DNA of 62,628 nucleotides, counting the filler, from Chrysochromulina tobinii (lineage: Eukaryota), in the NCBI GenBank assembly GCA_001275005.1. It is 9 parts of 9 records of this genome, joined end to end, with 100 filler letters (N's around TTAATTAATTAA, not from the genome) between each part and the next. Parts side by side here need not be neighbours in the genome. Positions count along the whole stretch, not along the records: positions 31,315 to 40,466 come from JWZX01000556.1; positions 40,567 to 42,956 come from JWZX01000557.1; 7 more parts are not named here. One strand, written 5' to 3'. Within the stretch, counting starts at the first letter, position 1. Every line of letters starts with the position of its first letter. This document shows, one piece after another, positions 31,680-43,056 of this stretch. Under the pieces are notes generated by a model, which worked only from the letters and a program-made list of their open reading frames with translations, ran no database searches and was not told where the DNA came from. The translations under genes and the position numbers were made by a program.

Positions 31680-32627
31680 ATGGACCAGCTGCCAGTCCTC
31701 GACAAGGCTTCCCCCGAAGGCCGCGAACTGCTCGCACCTGGCTCCAAGAGGCTCTCTCTGGCGCAAATGTGTAAATTCTCGCCTCTGCGCCTAGAGCCTC
31801 AGTCTCTGGCAGTTACTGACACCGCACTCTTTACCGATCATCTTTTTCTCAAGATTCCATGCGACTATCAGTGCGACTTTGCACGACGACGGCGACGGGT
31901 GCAGGGAATGGCAGATTGTTTGCATGTCTTTCACGTGCAACGGGAGCTGGCCGAGCACCTCAACGTGCGCCTCGCCGAGCTGGCACTTCAGAAAGAGCTA
32001 TGGGCGAGAGCGCGCCTTCAAGGAGAAGAGGCCGAGGCCAATGTTTCGAAGTCCAACTGGGGAGGCTTCCAAAGCCACGATGACTGCTTTGTGGATCGCA
32101 CCGACGACCCCGAGGCCTATCGCCGGATGGCATGCTTGCGCGAGCTGCACCGCCTCTGTAGCGCGGCGATGGACGAGCTGTGTGTCGATGTCGACCCCGA
32201 GAGCCGGCCGCAAAAGGTCGGCGAGCTGTGTGGCGGCGTTGCATGGATCAACGTGAACCGGCCCGAGGATCTGAACTTCCTTCACGTACACGAGGAGGGC
32301 AAGTACTCTGGCGTGTACTTCGTGCAGCCGGGCGAAATCCCCCCCTCTGACCCGAAGCATCGGATTGCGGGTGGCCTCAACGGCCACCTCGTGTTTCGAG
32401 GTGGAATGCAGCGCGACGGTGTCGATGGCGAGACGCACTCGTACTTGGCCGTGCCGCCCGAAGCAGGTGCGCTATGGATATTTCCTGGCACGATGCCGCA
32501 TTGCGTCTTCCCACGGCGGCGGCAAGCGCCCAGCGGCAGCCATCGCGAGGAACTTTCGGTAGCTGCGGCCCGCATCTCGGTAGCGATCAATTTTGACGAA
32601 AGCGCTCCACCATCCGTGATGTTATAA
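31680..32627 (+). CDS. 2OG-Fe(II) oxygenase (TIGR02466 / 2OG-FeII_Oxy_5-like)
   Basis: SNWGGFQS, AWINVNR..DLNFLHVH, YSGVYFV, GALWIFPGTMPHCV, RISVAINF. Confidence 0.85.
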   Translation: MDQLPVLDKASPEGRELLAPGSKRLSLAQMCKFSPLRLEPQSLAVTDTALFTDHLFLKIPCDYQCDFARRRRRVQGMADCLHVFHVQRELAEHLNVRLAELALQKELWARARLQGEEAEANVSKSNWGGFQSHDDCFVDRTDDPEAYRRMACLRELHRLCSAAMDELCVDVDPESRPQKVGELCGGVAWINVNRPEDLNFLHVHEEGKYSGVYFVQPGEIPPSDPKHRIAGGLNGHLVFRGGMQRDGVDGETHSYLAVPPEAGALWIFPGTMPHCVFPRRRQAPSGSHREELSVAAARISVAINFDESAPPSVML

Positions 32628-32956
32628 TATCGGAGGCAGCGCGACCCCGGACGCGCGTATAAAAATCGAAGCAAGATAGGTAGATGCCCCGGCAACGGGC
32701 AAGGCGTGTACATATAATATAATATAATCCTGGAGACACGTTCTCTGAGAAGATCGGCCACGTCGCTCATCGGGGGCGCAGCGGCGCACAGATCGGAGAC
32801 GGACAGACGAGAGGCACCTGGTATCAGGTATCACTGTGGTGGCGGTGTGGATATGCGACCATACCCCGGGCGCCGCAACGATGCGGTACTACACAACGCC
32901 ATAGTAAGATAGCATGGGGCGGCATGTAGCCCCACTCAAGCATGGTAGGCGATAGC

Positions 32957-34315
32957 TTACGGCGAGAGACTTCCCGACGGCTTCCGTTTGAGGAATTCGA
33001 CGAAACCGCCGCTTGGCTGCCGGGAGCTGCCACCGTCCGGGTTCGGCATCGTGATGACCGATGCGGGTACCTGAAACTCGAGCAGATCTCCTGCTTTCGA
33101 GCCTTCGGGCACCTTCATTGAGACGATACGGCCGCTCGGCGACTTCCAAAGCAACGGCTCCTCCGGAATCATCTGGTCGGGCACCTTGCAGCGCATCGTC
33201 ACCAGCGCGTCGTCCCCCAGTGTGGCGGGGCTAGGCGGCCTGTAGAGTGCCGAGAGCTGCTCAGCCACGCTGGGGCTGCGGCTCAGGCTAGAGCGGCTCA
33301 GGCTAGGCGAGAGCGGGGCACGCGTCTTCTTCTTGTCGCCGACGCAGGCGTGGTACAGGCAGCGAGGCAGCATGCACCCCAGGATCGACAAAATCTGGCA
33401 CATGCCACGGGGGCGCGGCGAGAGGTGACAAGCACACGGTGGGGGCCGGAGGGGGGCTGCAAGGTGGGCAAGATAGGGCGGGGTAGGGTGAGACAGAGCA
33501 AGGCAGAGTGCACGGGCCGATCGAGGCGATCGGAAGCCAGTCTGAAGTCATCAGTGGCAATCAGATAGACATACCCCGGCGACGAGCACGATGTCGAGGA
33601 GCAGGTACAAGATGATGATGAGAGGACGATGCGGCGCGCCGTCGTCCACGCCGTCGTCCGAGCTGACCCCTCCAGAGGAAAGCCCCGGCGGCGCGAGCGG
33701 GGGCGGCGGTGGCGAGGTCAACCCTGCCGACACCCTGCCGCTCAGCAGCGCAGGCAAGAGTCCGGCGAGGCGCGAGCCTAGGGCGGCGGGTGACAACGCC
33801 TCGTCTTCCCACAATCGAACGTGCGCAGAGGGGTCCGCGATGAGCCATGGTTCTGCACTCGCCGGGACAGAAGCGCCGTCGTTCTGACCCAGGGTGTCTG
33901 CAAAGCTGCTGCTGCCGCCGCCATCTCTGCCGTGGCCGCTGATGCTCTTGCCGCTAGTGTGGATGTCGTCGTGTCGGCTGCCCTCGGTGCGAGCTTTGCT
34001 GCTGCTCTGTGTGCTGCTACTTTTGCTGGTGGCGTTGCTGCTACTGCTGCCACCGCTGCTACCGCTACTGCTGCCGCTGTTGCCGCCGCTGGTGGTGGTG
34101 GTGGTAGTGGTGCTGGTGCTGCTTCTGTCGCCGCCGCCGCCGCCAACGCTGCTGCTACTGTTGCTGCTCGTGCTGCTGCTCGTGCTGCTGCTCGTGCTGC
34201 TGCTTGTGCTGATGCTGCTGCTGCTGCTGCTGCTTGTGCCTGTATAGGGTGAAAATCTCGAATCATCGTGTGGCATGAGGCCATCCGCCAACTCACCCCG
34301 CTTTAGGAAAGGCAT
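32957..34315 (-). CDS. Ser-rich single-pass membrane protein with a C-terminal VP.G beta-module, complement(join(32957..33394,33575..34315))
   Basis: A phase-0 GT-AG intron (33395-33574) joins LLDIVLVAG to ILSILGCML, giving a continuous TM helix; C-terminal KVPDQMIPEEPLLWKSPSGRIVSMKVPEGSKAGDLLEFQVP. Confidence 0.65.
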
Positions 34316-34348
34316 GACCAGAAGGAGACGCGGCCTTAGTTTTGCCTT

Positions 34349-34852
34349 ATCCGGATACCGGCATGAATGTCAGAAGCAAAATCATTACGGAAAAACCTCA
34401 AATAGTAAAATAATAAGACCACCATTTAGAAGAGTTTGGATCGTCAGCCGCCGAGAGCTCAACTCATTTTCGTATTCGGCCCCCGTATTGATCCCTTGGT
34501 ATTGATGCTTCGTCAATTCGTTGCCAACGACGCGTCGTCGCCGAAGCACTCTTTTCAAAGAGTTCCAGGTTTAAAACCACACACATGAAAGGTTGACAGA
34601 TGCTGGCTGGACGTATGCGCTACTGCTTACACACCGGTACCCCCCCCCCACCCCGCCCTCTTTTTGAGAAGACAGTTCGTGTGAGTCGGTGAGACGTCCC
34701 TGACGTGTCACGTGAGCGTCCCCGTGCGGATCATGTTGGATCATCATATTTCATGTGGATCATGATGTGGATGTGCCTAATCCGGATACCGGTTTCAATT
34801 ATCCAAAGCAAAATCATTACGGAAAACCTCAAGTAAAATAATGACACCACCA
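34349..34852 (+). repeat. Pair of diverged ~75-bp AT-rich direct repeats (34349-34424 and 34780-34852)
   Basis: atccggataccgg...aagcaaaatcattacggaaaa(a)cctcaa...gtaaaataat...accacca is present in both. Confidence 0.8.
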
Positions 34853-35234
34853 GAATTTGCCACTTGCTGACTTGCACTTCGCGCGTGACCATTTTGATGT
34901 CATCCCATATGCCGTGTGCACAATGGTAGATGCGCGATCCGCGGCACAAACAATCCGCTTCACGTTCTGTCATGAGCACCTCAACGCTCAAGTGAATCCC
35001 CCTGGCCCTGCTAGCTCAGCTGTGTGGTGTGCATGGGTACCCGCATTTCCGCAGGAATCGTGTTCAGTCATCATCCCGAAGGATTCGCTCACGAGCGCGC
35101 GCCAGGTCGAAGGCGCATCTGGTGCCCATCACGGCGCAAGATTGCCCTCCCGACGACTTCGTCTCGGAGATCGTATCTCGTAGATTGGATCTCGCCCATG
35201 TCTCGAGCTGGGACTGTGCCTCCGCTACCGAACA

Positions 35235-36181
35235 TTAGTAGCCACCAGCGCGTGGTTTGGTCACCTGGTAGCCGGCCGGCGCGGGCGTGTGGCTCGGCAT
35301 ACTCTGCGGCGGGGCTGCGGCGGGCTCGGGCTGCGACGAGTAGTAGGTCGAGTACGCGGAAGGCTGCGCCGGCTGGTACGTGTAACCACTGGATGGCTGT
35401 CCACTGGTCCATGGCTGCACAAACGACGATGCGAGCGACGGCGGTGCGCCGTACGAGCTTGGCGCTGTCGCGGGCGCGCGACCGGAGAGAGTGGTCGACT
35501 GCGAGGTGCGAGTCTGATTTTCGGCCTCGATGTCCCTGGCGCGCTCCATGATGAGCTGCTGTGCAAGGGCCACCTGCTGGGGCGTGCCCTCGATCATCAC
35601 ATTGCGCTCGCCCGCCGCGTTGATCGTCTCCTTCTGGGCGACGCGCACCTGATGAGGGGCGCAATCAGCGGTCACGGAGGCGATGAGACGACAATTAGAT
35701 GGTCGGTCATCGGAGGCCATCAGACGGCCATCAGATAAGGTAAGCGACGGCCATCAGACGGCCACCAGATGGCCATCAACTTGCGTACCTGCGCGCCTGA
35801 TCGGCTCGCAATTTCGCGGATGATCGCCCCTCCCTTGCCAATGATCCCCGCGACGATCCGATCTGAAAAACAGAGCGTCTCCTTGGCAGCTCCGCCCCCG
35901 GGCGGACCGCCCTTGCCGCCGCCGCCGCCTCCGCCGCCGCCTCCTCCTCCTCCGCCGCCGAAGCCGCCGCCACCACCTGGGCCACCGCCATAGCCGCTAC
36001 CACCGGGGCCGCCGCCATAGCCCTTGCCCACCACGGCGCCCGCGTGGCTCGCGTACTGCGCCAGGTATTGCTGGTACTGCTGGATCTGCTCCTGCTGGGT
36101 CAGCGCCGCCAGCCGGCTATCATGTGTGACGAAGCTCGCGTATTCCATCGGCGGCAACCGCTGGTGGCCGGACGACTGCTG

Positions 36182-36213
<32 letters not shown>

Positions 36214-37051
36214 CATTGTACGCGCTCGTCCCGCCGCCGTAGCCGCTGCCGCAGTAGCTAGGGGCGCCGCCGTGCGCGCCGCCGTGCGCGCTGCCGTGAG
36301 CGCCGTACGCGTCGGCCGCGCTCGCCGCGCTCGCCCCTATCTTGAGCACCGCATAGTCAATCAGCTTGGGCTGCTGTTGTGGTGAGCCCTCGAGCGCGAG
36401 CTTCTCGCAGATTGCGTGCTGGGCGGCGTCGACGGCGTGCGGCAGGCCGGTGATGGTGACGATGCGCTCCTGCGTCGCCGCGACGATCTCCGACTGCTGC
36501 GACACCCTGATCGTCGCCCCCGAGCGCTCCTTAATATCGTTGATCACGCAGCCCGCCTTGCCGATGATGATGGCCGCTGCCATGTTGGGCACGAGCAGCT
36601 TGAGCACGCGCTCGCTGTCGGGTGGGCGCGGCTCCTCGCCCTGGCGCGACTCGGCCAGCTGCTGGCTCACCATCTGCTGGGCGCGCCGCAGTCCGTAGAG
36701 CGGCCCGATGATCTGGCAGATGCGCTCGCCTGAGCGCGGGATCACCTCGTCGGTCGAAGAGATCTTGAGGCGCGTGCCCGACTCGCTCTGAATCCTGTTG
36801 AGCACGACGCCCTGCTTGCCGATCACACTGCCCGTCTGGCTGTTCGGGATTAGCATCTTGAGCACATGCGAGTTGGCCGGGTCCGCAGGTGCTGCTGGCT
36901 CCGCCCTCATCCGCTTGCCGGCGCCACTGTCGTCGTCGTCGCGGCTGCGTTTGGTGAGGGCCATATTGGCCGCGGCCACGGCGTCGTAGGCTTGTGCGTA
37001 CGATGGTGCCGCATCTGAATAGCCGCCGCCAAGCTGCTGCCAGGACGCCAT
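35235..37051 (-). CDS. Triple-KH RNA-binding protein (NOVA/PCBP-like), complement(join(35235..35648,35789..37051))
   Basis: Three GxxG KH motifs (VIGKQG, IIGKAG, IIGKGG); a phase-0 GT-AG intron restores SGAQ|VRVAQKE in KH3. Confidence 0.92.
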
Positions 37052-37358
37052 CGAGGCCCGCAGCAATTGTCGCAGGACTTCGTCGTGACGCGTGCAGGCG
37101 TCGAAATGAGCGTTTGCGTTGACATTGTATCTGGAGGCGAGTCGCCGTACAGATGGTTCATACAACATGCAGCAAATCTTAACAGCAAGAACCCAACCGC
37201 GTAGTGTGCAGGCCACAGCACCCACAGTATAAGAAGGGTGACAGTGTCTCTAGATCATGGTCCGCTCGGATCGGCACGCGCGCGCGCAGACGCACAGGAG
37301 CCGTGAGCGTCGCTCACACGTATGACTGCTCACGCGTCGAGGTGCGCGACGCGAGCGC

Positions 37359-38468
37359 TTAGGCGAGCATCATCTCCTTGGAGCAGACGCCGTCCTTGAC
37401 CGCCATGGTGGCGACGAGGTCGACGAGGCGGGTCGAGTAGCCCCACTCGTTGTCGTACCACGAGACGAGCTTGACGAAGGTGGGCGTGAGCATGATGCCA
37501 GCGCCCGCATCGAAGACGGTCGAGCAAGTCTCGCCGACGAAGTCGGACGAGACGACCTGGTCCTCGGTGTAGCCGACGATGCCCTTGGCATACGTCTCGG
37601 AGGCGAGCTTGACCTCAGCCTTGATCTCCTCGTACGTGGTGGGCGTCTCGAGCATGCACGTGAGGTCAACGACCGACACGTCGATGGTGGGCACGCGGAA
37701 AGCCATGCCGGTGAGCTTGCCCTTCATGACGGGGTAGCACTTGGCGACGGCCTTGGCGGCGCCGGTCGACGAGGGGATGATGTTGGCCGAGGCGGCGCGG
37801 CCGGCACGCCAGTCGGAGCCCTTCATCGAGCCGTCAACGGTCAGCTGCGACGCGGTCGCGGCGTGCACGGTGGTCATGAGGCCCTGCTCGATGCCGAACT
37901 TCTCGTTGATCACCTTGACGATGGGCGCGAGGCCGTTGGTGGTGCACGAGGCGCACGAGACGACCTTCATCGTCTTCGGGTCATAGTCGTCGGTGTTGAC
38001 GCCGACCACGATCGTGGGCGTCTCGGAGTCCTTGGCGGGCGCCGAGATGATGACGCGCTTGGCGCCACCCTCGATGTGCTTCAGGCACGCCGGGGTGTCG
38101 GTGAAGGCACCGGTCGACTCGCAGACGTAGTCGACGCCAGCCTTGCCCCAGGGGATCTCGGTCGGGTCACGGGTCGAGGTCAGCGACACGGGCAGGCCAT
38201 TGATCTTGAGGCCACCGTCCATGATCTCGCAGGTGCCCTTGAAGCGGCCGTGCACGGTGTCGTGCTCAAGCAGGTACTTCATGTACTCGGGCGACATGGG
38301 CGAGTTGATGTGCTTGAGCACGAAAGCATCGCGGTCCATGGCGATGCGCACGACCTGGCGGCCGATGCGGCCGAAGCCGTTGACGCCGAGCTTGATCGGC
38401 GCGTTGGGGTTGGCCGACATGGTGACGAGGGCGGCGGAGCTGGACTGGACGGCAAAGGCGGAGAGCAT
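37359..38468 (-). CDS. gapC1: Glyceraldehyde-3-phosphate dehydrogenase, plastid GapC1 type
   Basis: [31 protein letters not shown]; Ser at the Asp32 position (HINSPM) and GSMKGSDWR point to the NADP-accepting GapC1 class; short N-terminal extension. Confidence 0.95.
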   Translation of the reverse strand: MLSAFAVQSSSAALVTMSANPNAPIKLGVNGFGRIGRQVVRIAMDRDAFVLKHINSPMSPEYMKYLLEHDTVHGRFKGTCEIMDGGLKINGLPVSLTSTRDPTEIPWGKAGVDYVCESTGAFTDTPACLKHIEGGAKRVIISAPAKDSETPTIVVGVNTDDYDPKTMKVVSCASCTTNGLAPIVKVINEKFGIEQGLMTTVHAATASQLTVDGSMKGSDWRAGRAASANIIPSSTGAAKAVAKCYPVMKGKLTGMAFRVPTIDVSVVDLTCMLETPTTYEEIKAEVKLASETYAKGIVGYTEDQVVSSDFVGETCSTVFDAGAGIMLTPTFVKLVSWYDNEWGYSTRLVDLVATMAVKDGVCSKEMMLA

Positions 38469-38769
38469 TGCTGTTGCGGTTTTGTGTGAGAGTACCTATG
38501 CGGACGAACGATCGAAAGGCGGGTGAGCACGCAGGCGAGCAGTCCGCGATGCGGCGCAGGCCGTCGCTAAGGCCCGAGCTGAGCCGAGCTGAGCCGTCGG
38601 CATCGCGCACCTCGATCTGGGACGGAGCTGGCCGAAACCACGAATGGAGAATCTCATCAAAGGACAGGATTCGCACCCCGAGCATCGCGCCGTCCGGGGC
38701 TGAGTGTCGCACGAGTCAAACTTAGGTACATGTATGGTAGGAAAGGAAAGGTGTACTTCGCTAATCCAC

Positions 38770-40044
38770 ATGCGTGCACTCACGGCCGGCTGTTTGCTTG
38801 CGGCCGCATCGCTGCCTCTTCTTCCGAATCGCTTTGAAGCACATTGTCCGCGCGTGCGCCACGCACCCCGAGCCGCCATTCTGCAGGACGTTGCACCGCC
38901 ACCAGCCTTCGTCGAGGCGCTTGACGCCGAGCGCGCGGCCGAGATCTGGGCTCGGCGTCCAGCAGGCACGCTGCCCAACGCCGACCGGCAGGCAGAGCTG
39001 ATCGAGTGGCTCAAGATGGGCCCGCTTGCACATGATCCGGACCGCCTGCTTTACACTTGCTTGAGAAACGAACCGCGGCTGCTCAAGCGAGCGTCCTCGC
39101 TGCCCGCACTGCGTGAGACGCACGCGGCGCTCGTGGCGCTGCTCCGTGAGGACCTGTCGCCCAAGAGGCTGGCGGTGCACATCGCAAGCGAGCCTGGGCT
39201 GCTGCTGCGGCGCGCCAGCGAGCTGCTTGCCAGCGCGCAGAATCTCGCGACCGTGACTGGTCTGCCTGAGGACATGTTGACGCGTGTGCTACGCGAGGCA
39301 CCTGGCCTACTGCTCTGCGAGGCGGGCGTCATCGACGAGCGGCTTCAGTGGCTGCGCGATCGGCTGCACATCGAACCAGGCGGGCGGCTGATGCGCGTGC
39401 TCACGCGCGCGCCGCTCGTGCTGCTCCTCTCGCGCTCAACGCTCACGGCGCGCCTCGACTGTCTCCTCGACCTCGGGGTGCCAGAGGAGCAGCTAGGTCC
39501 GCTGGTCGTGCGTACGCCGCGGCTGCTCCACTCACCCCGGGAGGAGCTGCGGGCGAAGACGCAGTGGCTCCGGCAGTCGGGCGTGGTGCCCGACGCGCCG
39601 CCCGAGGCGCTCGGCGCCTTCCTGCGCCGCCAGCCGGACTATTACGCCATCAGCAGCAAGACGTGCGACGACACCTTCGCCTGGCTACGTTCGGTCGGTC
39701 TAGATGAGACACAGGCGGCGCGCGTGCTGCGCGAGGAGCCGGCGATCCTCACGATGCCAATCGAGCAGCTGCAGCTGCGCGCCTCCTTCTTCGTGCGCGT
39801 CATTGGCGGCTCACCTGCCGAGCTCGTCGCGGTGCCGCACATGCTCATCTGTGATCTCGGCAAGGTGCCGATGCTGCGCCATGCCTATTGCCTCACGCAA
39901 GGCATCGACGTGAAGCCCATTCAGCTGCTCGTCAAGGGCGACGCCACGTTCTGCACGGAGGTCGCCGGCTGCGACATCGAAGAGTTCAACGCCTTCGAGG
40001 CCGACGGCAAGCATCTTGCCTTCTTCCAGGGCGCTGGTATCTAG
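38770..40044 (+). CDS. mTERF-family protein, probably plastid-targeted
   Basis: Repeated ~35-aa units (..REAPGLLL, TRAPLVLLLS, VRTPRLL, REEPAILTM) with L..RL..L..LG; N-terminal signal peptide. Confidence 0.85.
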   Translation: MRALTAGCLLAAASLPLLPNRFEAHCPRVRHAPRAAILQDVAPPPAFVEALDAERAAEIWARRPAGTLPNADRQAELIEWLKMGPLAHDPDRLLYTCLRNEPRLLKRASSLPALRETHAALVALLREDLSPKRLAVHIASEPGLLLRRASELLASAQNLATVTGLPEDMLTRVLREAPGLLLCEAGVIDERLQWLRDRLHIEPGGRLMRVLTRAPLVLLLSRSTLTARLDCLLDLGVPEEQLGPLVVRTPRLLHSPREELRAKTQWLRQSGVVPDAPPEALGAFLRRQPDYYAISSKTCDDTFAWLRSVGLDETQAARVLREEPAILTMPIEQLQLRASFFVRVIGGSPAELVAVPHMLICDLGKVPMLRHAYCLTQGIDVKPIQLLVKGDATFCTEVAGCDIEEFNAFEADGKHLAFFQGAGI

Positions 40045-40466
40045 ACCGTGCGGCGGCGACTATTTCGTATTTGAAGACCGCGTGGAGCATGAAGATCGGC
40101 GAGAAGCGCCCCCGCGGCGGACGCAATCACCGACGCAACACGTGAGAACATCCCCGCGCGCTCTCGCGCGCTCGCTCGCTCGCCCGCGGGCCCGACCGCC
40201 GAGTGGGTCCGCATCCTTCGACGCGCGCGCGCGCAGCTTGCCTACCAACACAGTTTTGTGCATGTAGCGTGTGCATCAACGTTCAACGATCAAGCGTGTC
40301 AGGCTGGTCAAAACGGTTTTGACGCGCGCGTGTTCCGTTCGACCGGGGGCCGGGCGCGCGGCGTGGTCCCCGGCCGCGATGTCTCGCCTCTCGGTCTCAC
40401 TCGCCGGGCCTCGGATGACCACGCTTGAGCCCCGTCGCGCGGCGGGCCGGGGGCGCACGGCACCCG

Positions 40467-40566
40467 NNNNNNNNNNNNNNNNNNNNNNNNNNNNNNNNNN
40501 NNNNNNNNNNTTAATTAATTAANNNNNNNNNNNNNNNNNNNNNNNNNNNNNNNNNNNNNNNNNNNN
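40467..40566. other. Artificial contig linker
   Basis: N44-TTAATTAATTAA-N44. Confidence 0.99.
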
Positions 40567-42956
40567 GCGCAGCGCGTTGCCCTCGCGACCCATCAGCCCG
40601 CACAGCGGCCGCAGCATCGCGGAGCACCCCGCCGCGCCGGCCACCACGGCACGCTCGATGCGCACCTCGACCGTTCCAAGCCACCGGCCGACGCCAAGGT
40701 GCACGCCGCTCGGCACGCCGCGCACCTCGGCGGCCCTCTGGCCGTTGATGTGCCACGCGAGCACGCCGCCGGTGAGCGTCATGCGGATCCGATCGCCCGC
40801 CTTGTAGGTGGGCAGGCCGCTCTGGACATCGGAGCCATTGCGCCTGATTTTACCGTCCGCCGTGTAGCCCCAGCTCTCGGCGTCTGAGCCCAGAGAGCTG
40901 GACAGGGCGCCCTTGCCCGGCGGCGCCGCGCCGATGCGGCAGCCAGCAGGATCGGTGCACTGCTGCACCACGAGCTCGACCATCGGAGAGACCGCGCCGA
41001 GCAGCGCCCGCCCGTCGCTGCCCGCGAGGCGCACGCTCCGCCCGCCGTCGCCGAGCGTGGCGCTCGCGACCTTGAGCTCCGGCGCAAAGAGCAGCAAGCC
41101 TCGCTGCAGCGCGGCGGTCTCCGTCACGCCGATCGCCTGCGCAGAGCACTCGACCTCGCGCAGCGACAGACGGCACGCGCCGCTCACCAGAGCCGCCTGC
41201 CGCTCCCAGACCGCCGCAGCCGGCATCCGACCGTCCGTCGTGTACCACACGTTGGCGAGCCACAGCTCGGCCAGCGGCGCCGCGCTCTCGCGCAGGCCCT
41301 CGCCGATGAGCCGCGCCGCCTCGGCCGCGCACGACGAGCCGCTCAGATCGAGCGTCGTCAGGCTGGTGCTCGCCCTGAGGAGCGCGCCCACGACGGCGCC
41401 ATCGGCCTCGCCCACCGCCTGGCCACCCGTCGACACCGACTCGCCTGATCGCAGCTCGCCCACGGGCATCGCCCACTCGCCGAGCCTCAGGGTCTGCAGC
41501 GCGCGGCCCGACGAGACGAGCGCGAGCGCCTCGGTCACGCCCAGGCCGTACCCGCCCACGTCGAGCTCCGCCACCACGCACGACGCTGCGCCCAGCGCCG
41601 ATGCAAACTCGCGGCGGCCGTCGCCCTCGGCCCACGGCCCGTTGCCGCCTAGCCGTACCGTCGCGAGCGCGTTGCCTGCCGTCGACATGAGCGCCGCGAG
41701 CGAGGCCACCACGCCCTCGCCCTCAGCCGCAAACAGCGCGCACACGCCCGCCTTGCCGCCCGCCTGCTTGGTGCAGTCGATGAGCCGCAGTGACGGCCGG
41801 CAAGCGCCGCGCACCAGCGCCGCCAGTCGCGCCGCCACGCTCACTGCGCCCTCGGCGTGGATCAGCCCGCCCAGCCGCAGCTCGGCCAGCGGCGCCGCGC
41901 TCTCGCGCAGGCCCTCGCCGATGAGACGCGCCGCCTCGGCCGCGCATGACGAGCCGCTCAGATCGAGCGTCGTCAGGCTGGTGCTCGCCTTGAGGAGCGC
42001 GCCCACGACGGCGCCCTCGGCCTCGCCCACCGCCTGGCCACCCATCGACACCGACTCGCCTGATCGCAGCTCGCCCACGGGCATCACCCACTCGCCGAGC
42101 CTCAGCGTCTGCAGCGCGCGGTTCGCAGAGACGAGCGCGACCGCCTCGTCCGCGCTCAGGCCGCTCCCGCCCACGTCGAGCTCCGCCACCACGCACGACG
42201 CCGCGCCCAGCGCCGCCGCGAGCGTCGCGCCGTCGCCCGCGGCCCACGCGCCGTTGCCGCCCAGCCGCACCGTGCGCAGCGCGTTGCCCTCGCGACCCAT
42301 CAGCCCGCACAGCGGCCGCAGCATCGCGGAGCACCCCGCCGCGCCGGCCACCACGGCACGCTCGATGCGCACCTCGACCGTTCCAAGCCACCGGCCGACG
42401 CCAAGGTGCACGCCGCTCGGCACGCCGCGCACCTCGGCGGCCCTCTGGCCGTTGATGTGCCACGCGAGCACGCCGCCGGTGAGCGTCATGCGGATCCGAT
42501 CGCCCGCCTTGTAGGTGGGCAGGCCGCTCTGGACAGAGGAGCCCTTGTTAAAGATCCTACCGTCCGCCGTGTAGCCCCAGCTCTCGGCGTCTGTGCCCAG
42601 AGAGCTGGACAGGGCGCCCTTGCCCGGCAGCGCCGCGCCGATGCGGCAGCCAGCAGGATTGGTGCACTGCTGCACCACGAGCTCGACCATCGGCGAGACC
42701 GCGCCAAGCAGCGCCCGCCCGTCGCTGTCCGCGAGCCGCACGCTCCGTCCGCCGTCGCCGAGCGTGGCGCTCGCGACCTTGAGCTCCGACGCAAAGAGCA
42801 GCAAGCCCCGCTGCAGCGCGGCGGTCTCCGTCGCTTCGATCGCCTGCGCCGAGCACTCGACCTCGCGAAGCGACAGACGGCACGCGCCGCTCACCAGGGC
42901 CGCCTGCCGCTCCCAGACCGCCGCAGCCGGCATCCGACCGTCCGTCGTGTACCACA
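40567..42956 (-). CDS. Internal fragment of a large RI-like LRR + SPRY-like tandem-repeat protein (open at both ends)
   Basis: STSLTTLDLSGS and VAELDVGG LRRs; SLG.DAESWGYTADG...YKAGDRIRMTL..G.LAWHING SPRY signature; 40567-41249 is repeated at 42274-42956 (period 1707 bp). Confidence 0.85.
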
Positions 42957-43056
42957 NNNNNNNNNNNNNNNNNNNNNNNNNNNNNNNNNNNNNNNNNNNN
43001 TTAATTAATTAANNNNNNNNNNNNNNNNNNNNNNNNNNNNNNNNNNNNNNNNNNNN
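42957..43056. other. Artificial contig linker
   Basis: N44-TTAATTAATTAA-N44. Confidence 0.99.

Noticed and set aside
31680..32627. Bacterial or phage contamination suggested by the TIGR02466-like and glycosyltransferase-like genes
   Set aside because: Both lie on contigs with intron-containing eukaryotic genes and have similar composition
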